Assembly: GCA_030390025.1 (NCBI GenBank)
Contig: JASTWF010000035.1
Coordinates: 3,410,001-3,474,000 of the forward strand
DNA length: 64,000 bases
Reading direction: 5' to 3'
Source of the DNA: Squalus acanthias
Taxonomy: Eukaryota
Position 1 is the stretch's first letter. Each line of letters starts with the position of its first letter. The notes below the pieces were generated by a model. The model made no database searches, was not told where the DNA came from, and saw only the letters and a list, made by a program, of their open reading frames with translations. A program made the translations under genes and the position numbers. Shown piece after piece: positions 58,546-64,000 of this stretch.

Positions 58546-61500
58546 CTCTCACTTTCACACTCACTCACAATCTCATTCTCCCTCTCCTACACTTTATCTA
58601 TTTCTCTCATTCTCTCTTTCCCTTCCTCTCTTTCTCTCTCACATTATTGCTCTCCCTGTCTCTCTCACTTTTTCTCTCTATCTATTTCTCCCTCTCACAT
58701 TCTTTCTCTCTCTCTCTCTCATTCGCTCTCTCTCCGTCTCTCATTCTCTAGCTCTCTCTCTCTCTCACACACTCTATCTCTTTCGCTCTCACATTCTCTC
58801 TACCTATCTCTCCCTCTCTATTTCAGTCTCTGTCTCTATCTCTTCCTCGCTCTCTCTCACATTCTCTCTTTCTCTCACATTCTCTCACATTCTTTTTCTC
58901 TCACATTCTCTCCCTCTCACATTCTCTCCCTCTCCCACACTCTCTTTCATTCTCTCTATCTCTCCCTCTCTGTCTCTCTCAACTCCCTCTTTCTCCCATA
59001 CAAACACTCTCTCCCTTTCTCTCTCACATTCTCTCCCTCTCTCACACATTCTCTCTCTCATTCTCTCCCTGTCTATCTTTCTCTCAAATTCTCTATCTCT
59101 CCCTCTCTCATTCTCTCTCACACTCTCTCTATCTCTCCCTCTCTTACATTCTCTCCCTCTCTATTTCTCTCTCCCTTTCTCTCCCTCTCTTTCTCTCTCA
59201 CATTCTCTCTATCTATCTTGCCCTCTGTGTGTCTCTGTCTCTCTCTTTCTCTCTCCCTCCCAGATTTTTACAAGATAAGGGAGTGAAGGGATATGGGAAG
59301 TGGGCAGGGAAGTGGCTTTGAGCCCAACATCAGCCATGATCTTATTGAATGGTGGAGCAGGCTCGAGGGGCCAAGTGGCCTATTCCTACTCCTATTTCTT
59401 ATGTCCTTTCCCTCTCACACACTCTCTTTATTGCTCTCACACTCTATCTATCTCTCCCTCTGTGTGTGTGTGTCTCTCTCTATTTCCCTCTCTCACGTTC
59501 TCTCTCTCTTTCATTCTCTCTCATGTTCCCTCTCTCGCACGTTCTCTCTCTCTCCCTCTTACATTCTCTCTATCTATGGGCAACACGGTGGCATAGTGGT
59601 TAGCACTGGTGCCTCACAGCGCCAGGGACCCTGGTTCGAATCTGACCTCGGGTGACTGTCTGTGTGGAGTTTGCACATTCTCCCCGTGTCTGCGTGGGTT
59701 TCCTCCGGGTGCTCCGGTTTCCTCCCACAGTCCAAAAATGTGCGGGTTAGGTTGATTTGGCTATGATAAATTGACCCTTAGGTGTTAGGGGGGGATTAAA
59801 TATGTGGGGTTATGGGGATAGGATGGGATATGTTAGGGGGAATTAAATACGTGGGGTTACGGGGGTAGGGTGGGATATGTGTACTGTGGGGATTAAAGCA
59901 GGGACAGGGTACTGGATTTGAATGATCAGCCATGATCGTATTGAATGGTGGAGCAGGCTCGACGGGCCGAATGGCCTACTCCTGCTCCTAGATTCTATGT
60001 TTCTATATCTATCTCACCGTCTGTCTCTCCCTCTCTCCCTCTCTCTTTCTATCTATCTCGCCCTCTGTGTGTCTCTCTCTATCTCTCTCTCACACACTCT
60101 ATCTCTCACATTCTCTCTCCATCTGTGTCTCTTTCTCTTTCTCTCACATTCTCTCTATCTCTCCCTCTGTGTGTGTGTTTCTCTATTTCTCTCTCACATT
60201 CTAGCTATCTATTTTTCCCTGTTTGTGTGTGTCTCTCTCTCTCACACACTCTATCTCTCTCACATTCTCTCTTCCTCTCACACACACTCTCCCTCTGTGT
60301 GTGTGTGTGTGTGTGTGTGTCTTTCTCCCTCTATCTCACATTCTCTCTATCTCTGTGTGTGTGTGTATGTCTCTCTCTATTTCTCTGTCTCACATTAGAA
60401 CATAAGAAATAGGAGCAGGAGTAGGCCATTTGGCCCTTCGAGCCTGCTCCGCCATTCAATGAGAGCTATCTAATTCTCCCTGTTTGTTTGTGTGTGTCTC
60501 TCTCTCTATTTCTCTCCCTCACACACACACTCTCTCTCTCTCACATTCTCTCTCTTCCTCTCTCACACTCTCTCTCACAGTCTCTCTCTCTTCCTCTCTC
60601 ACACTATCTCTCTCATTCTATCTATCTCTCCCTCTGTGTGTGTCTTTCTCTCTTCCTCTATCACATTCTCCCTCTCTCACATTCTCTCTATCTCCCTCTC
60701 TCACACATTCTCTCTATCTCCCTCTCTCGCATTCTCTCTCTCTCCCTCTCTCTCTCTCTCTCCCTCTCTCGCAGTCTCTCTCTCTCCCTCTCTCGCATTC
60801 TCCCTCTCTCCCTCTCTCGCATTCTCTCTCTCTCCCTCTCTCGCATTCTCTCTCTCTCCCTCTCTCGCATTCTCTCTCTCCCTCTCTCGCATTCTCTCTC
60901 TCTCCCTCTCTCGCATTCTCTCTCTCCCTCTCTCGCATTCCCTCTCTCGCATTCTCTCTCTCGCATTCTCCCTCTCTCGCATTCTCTCTCTCTCCCTCTC
61001 TCGCATTCTCTCTCTCCCTCTCTCGCATTCTCTCTCTCTCCCTCTCTCGCATTCGCCCTCTCTCGCATTCTCTCTCTCGCATTCTCCCTCTCTCGCATTC
61101 TCTCTCTCTCGCATTCTCTCTCTCCCTCTCTCGCATTCTCTCTCTCTCCCTCTCTCGCATTCTCGCTCTCTCCCTCTCTCGCATTCTCTCTCTCCCTCTC
61201 TCGCATTCGCCCTCTCGCGCAGTCTCTCTCTCTCCCTCTCTCGCAGTCTCTCTCTCTCCCTCTCTCGCAGTCTCTCTCTCTCCCTCTCTCGCAGTCTCTC
61301 TCTCTCCCTCTCTCGCAGTCTCTCTCTCTCCCTCTCTCGCAGTCTCTCTCTCTCCCTCTCTCGCAGTCTCTCTCTCTCCCTCTCTCGCAGTCTCTCTCTC
61401 TCCCTCTCTCGCAGTCTCTCTCTCTCCCTCTCTCGCAGTCTCTCTCTCTCCCTCTCTCGCATTCTCTCTCTCTCCCTCTCTCGCAGTCTCTCTCTCTCCC

Positions 61501-63893
61501 TCTCTCGCAGTCTCTCTCTCTCCCTCTCTCGCAGTCTCTCTCTCTCCCTCTCTCGCAGTCTCCCTCTCTCGCATTCTCTCTCTCTCCCTCTCTCGCATTC
61601 TCTCTCTCTCCCTCTCTCGCATTCTCTCTCTCTCCCTCACTCGCATTCTCTCTCTCCCTCTCTCGCATTCTCTCTCTCTCTCGCATTCTCTCTCTCTCTC
61701 GCATTCTCTCTCTCTCTCGCATTCTCTCTCTCATTCTCTCTCTCTCCCTCTCTCGCATTCTTTCTCTCTCCCTCTCTCGCATTCTCTCTCTCTCCCTCTC
61801 TCGCATTCTCTCTCTCTCCCTCTCTCGCATTCTCTCTCTCCCTCTCTCGCATTCTCTCTCTCTCTCTCTCTCTCGCATTCTCTCTCTCTCTCGCATTCTC
61901 TCTCTCTCTCGCATTCTCTCTCTCTCTCGCATTCTCTCTCTCATTCTCTTTCTCTCCCTCTCTCGCATTCTTTCTCTCTCCCTCTCTCGCATTCTCTCTC
62001 TCCCTCTCTCGCATTCTCTCTCTCTCCCTCACTCGCATTCTCTCTCTCTCCCTCTCTCGCATTCTCTCTCTCTCTCCCTCTCTCGCATTCTCTCTCTCTC
62101 TCCCTCTCTTGCATTCTCTCTCTCTCCCTCTCTCGCATTCTCTCTCTCTCCCTCTCTCGCCTTCTCCCTCTCTCACCTTCTCTCTATCTCCCTCTCTCGC
62201 ATTCTCTCTATCTCTATCTCCCTCTCTCTCACATTCTCTCTACCTCCCTCTCTCTCTCTCACACACATTCTCTCTTTCTCTATCTCCCTCTCTCTCACAT
62301 TCTGTCTACCTCCCTCTCTCTCTCTCTCACACACATTCTCTCTATTTCTATCTCCCTCTCTCTCACATTCTCTCTATTTCTATCTCCCTCTCTCTCACAT
62401 TCTCTCTATCTCCCTCTCTCTCACATTCTCTCTATCTCCCTCTCTCTCACATTCTCTCTATCTCCCTCTCTCTCACATTCTCTCTATCTCCCTCTCTCTC
62501 ACATTCTCTCTATCTCCCTCTCTCTCACATTCTCTCTATCTCCCTCTCTCTCACATTCTCTCACATTCTCTCTATCTCCCTCTCTCTCACATTCTCTCTA
62601 TCTCCCTCTCTCTCACATTCTCTCTCTCTCTCTCTCTCACATTCTCTCTATCTCCCTCTCTCTCACATTCTCTCTATCTCCCTCTCTCTCACATTCTCTC
62701 ACATTCTCTCTATCTCCCTCTCTCTCACATTCTCTCTATCTCCCTCTCTCTCACATTCTCTCTATCTCCCTCTCTCTCCCATTCTCTCACATTCTCTCTA
62801 TCTCCCATTCTCTCCCATTCTCTCTATCTCCCATTCTCTCACATTCTCTCTATCTCCCTCTCTCTCACATTCTCTCTATCTCCCATTCTCTCACATTCTC
62901 TCTATCTCCCATTCTCTCACATTCTCTCTATCTCCCTCTCTCTCACATTCTCTCTATCTCCCTCTCTCTCACATTCTCTCTATCTCCCTCTCTCTCACAT
63001 TCTCTCTATCTCCCTCTCTCTCACATTCTCTCTATCTCCCTCTCTCTCACATTCTCTCTATCTCCCTCTCTCTCACATTCTCTCTATCTCCCTCTCTCTC
63101 ACATTCTCTCTATCTCCCTCTCTCTCACATTCTCTCTATCTCCCTCTCTCTCACATTCTCTCCAACTCCCTCTCTCTCACATTCTCTCTATCTCCCTCTC
63201 TCTCACATTCTCTCTATCTCCCTCTCTCTCACATTCTCTCTATCTCCCTCTCTCTCACATTCTCTCTATCTCCCTCTCTCTCACATTCTCTCTATCTCCC
63301 TCTCTCTCACATTCTCTCTATCTCCCTCTCTCTCACATTCTCTCTATCTCCCGCTCTCTCACATTCTCTCACATTCTCTCTATCTCCCTCTCTCTCACAT
63401 TCTCTCTATCTCCCTCTCTCTCACATTCTCTCTATCTCCCTCTCTCTCACATTCTCTCTATCTCCCTCTCTCTCACATTCTCTCTATCTCCCTCTCTCTC
63501 ACATTCTCTCTATCTCCCGCTCTCTCACATTCTCTCTATCTCCCTCTCTCTCACATTCTCTCTATCTCCCTCTCTCTCACATTCTCTCTATCTCCCTCTC
63601 TCTCACATTCTCTCTATCTCCCTCTCTCTCACATTCTCTCTATCTCCCTCTCTCTCACATTCTCTCTATCTCCCTCTCTCTCACATTCTCTCTATCTCCC
63701 GCTCTCTCACATTCTCTCACATTCTCTCTATCTCCCGCTCTCTCACATTCTCTCTATCTCCCTCTCTCTCACATTCTCTCTATCTCCCGCTCTCTCACAT
63801 TCTCTCTATCTCCCTCTCTCTCACATTCTCTCTATCTCCCTCTCTCTCACATTCTCTCTATCTCCCTCTCTCTCACATTCTCTCTATCTCTCA
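58545..63893. repeat. Pyrimidine-rich (CT)-based compound satellite, interrupted by SINE and CR1 tails at 59262-59405, 59578-60005 and 60397-60462
   Basis: Degenerate at left; CTCTCGCA(T/G)TCTCTCTCTCCCT units at about 60720-62160; 26-bp ACATTCTCTCTATCTCCCTCTCTCTC units at about 62380-63890. Confidence 0.98.
59578..59895 (+). mobile_element. tRNA-derived V-SINE (HE1-like), with internal duplication
   Basis: A box TGGCATAGTGG, B-box-like GGTTCGAATCT, V domain; closely similar to 32094-32413. Confidence 0.92.
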
Positions 63894-63894
63894 G

Positions 63895-64000
63895 GGACAA
63901 TTTCTATTTTTGCTTCTCAAGCTCCGTCCACCTGCCCTCACACCGCCCACGCCCATTGGGTGAGCCGCCTGTCCATCACAACAGCACCGCGCCCTCATTG
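63895..64000. promoter_or_regulatory. Edge of a probable promoter/CpG island continuing beyond the window
   Basis: CCGCCC and CACGCCC boxes, ATTGG (reverse CCAAT) followed by CTGTCCATCA. Confidence 0.4.

Noticed and set aside
60484..63963. 1159-aa Ser/Leu ORF and antisense Arg/Glu ORFs
   Set aside because: Translations of the CT satellite.

Overview
Eukaryotic, cartilaginous-fish (shark-like) genomic DNA, judged from the HE1/V-SINE copies and HER1-type CR1 LINEs. Most of the window is repeat: deeply nested CR1-clade LINEs (one complete 978-aa ORF2, one nearly complete 933-aa ORF2, many decayed copies), plus L2, RTE and L2/Crack-like LINEs, two SINE families, Penelope-like pLTR remnants (one with an intact minimal hammerhead ribozyme motif), two MITEs and several tandem arrays. 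The only host gene I recognise is a 72-nt first coding exon on the minus strand at 50196-50267 (MDETIRIMEDLNLLYIRQIALSLQ|GT), which matches the short N-terminal isoform of rhotekin (RTKN). I found no further RTKN exon, so positions 1-50195 are probably one intron of more than 50 kb. A second CpG island with minus-strand splice donors lies at about 8.9-9.2 kb, flanked by a palindromic minisatellite and a 30-bp satellite whose evolutionary stages are laid out along the array. Notable structural observations: a hairpin-mediated 28-bp micro-inversion that truncates a CR1 ORF2, two split-and-inverted CR1 copies resembling twin-priming products, and mosaic sharing of mutations among four local CR1 copies. 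I do not find convincing evidence of a wholly new multi-gene system. Repeat boundaries were placed by eye and are approximate unless a TSD or TIR is given. Family names come from recall, not from database searches.
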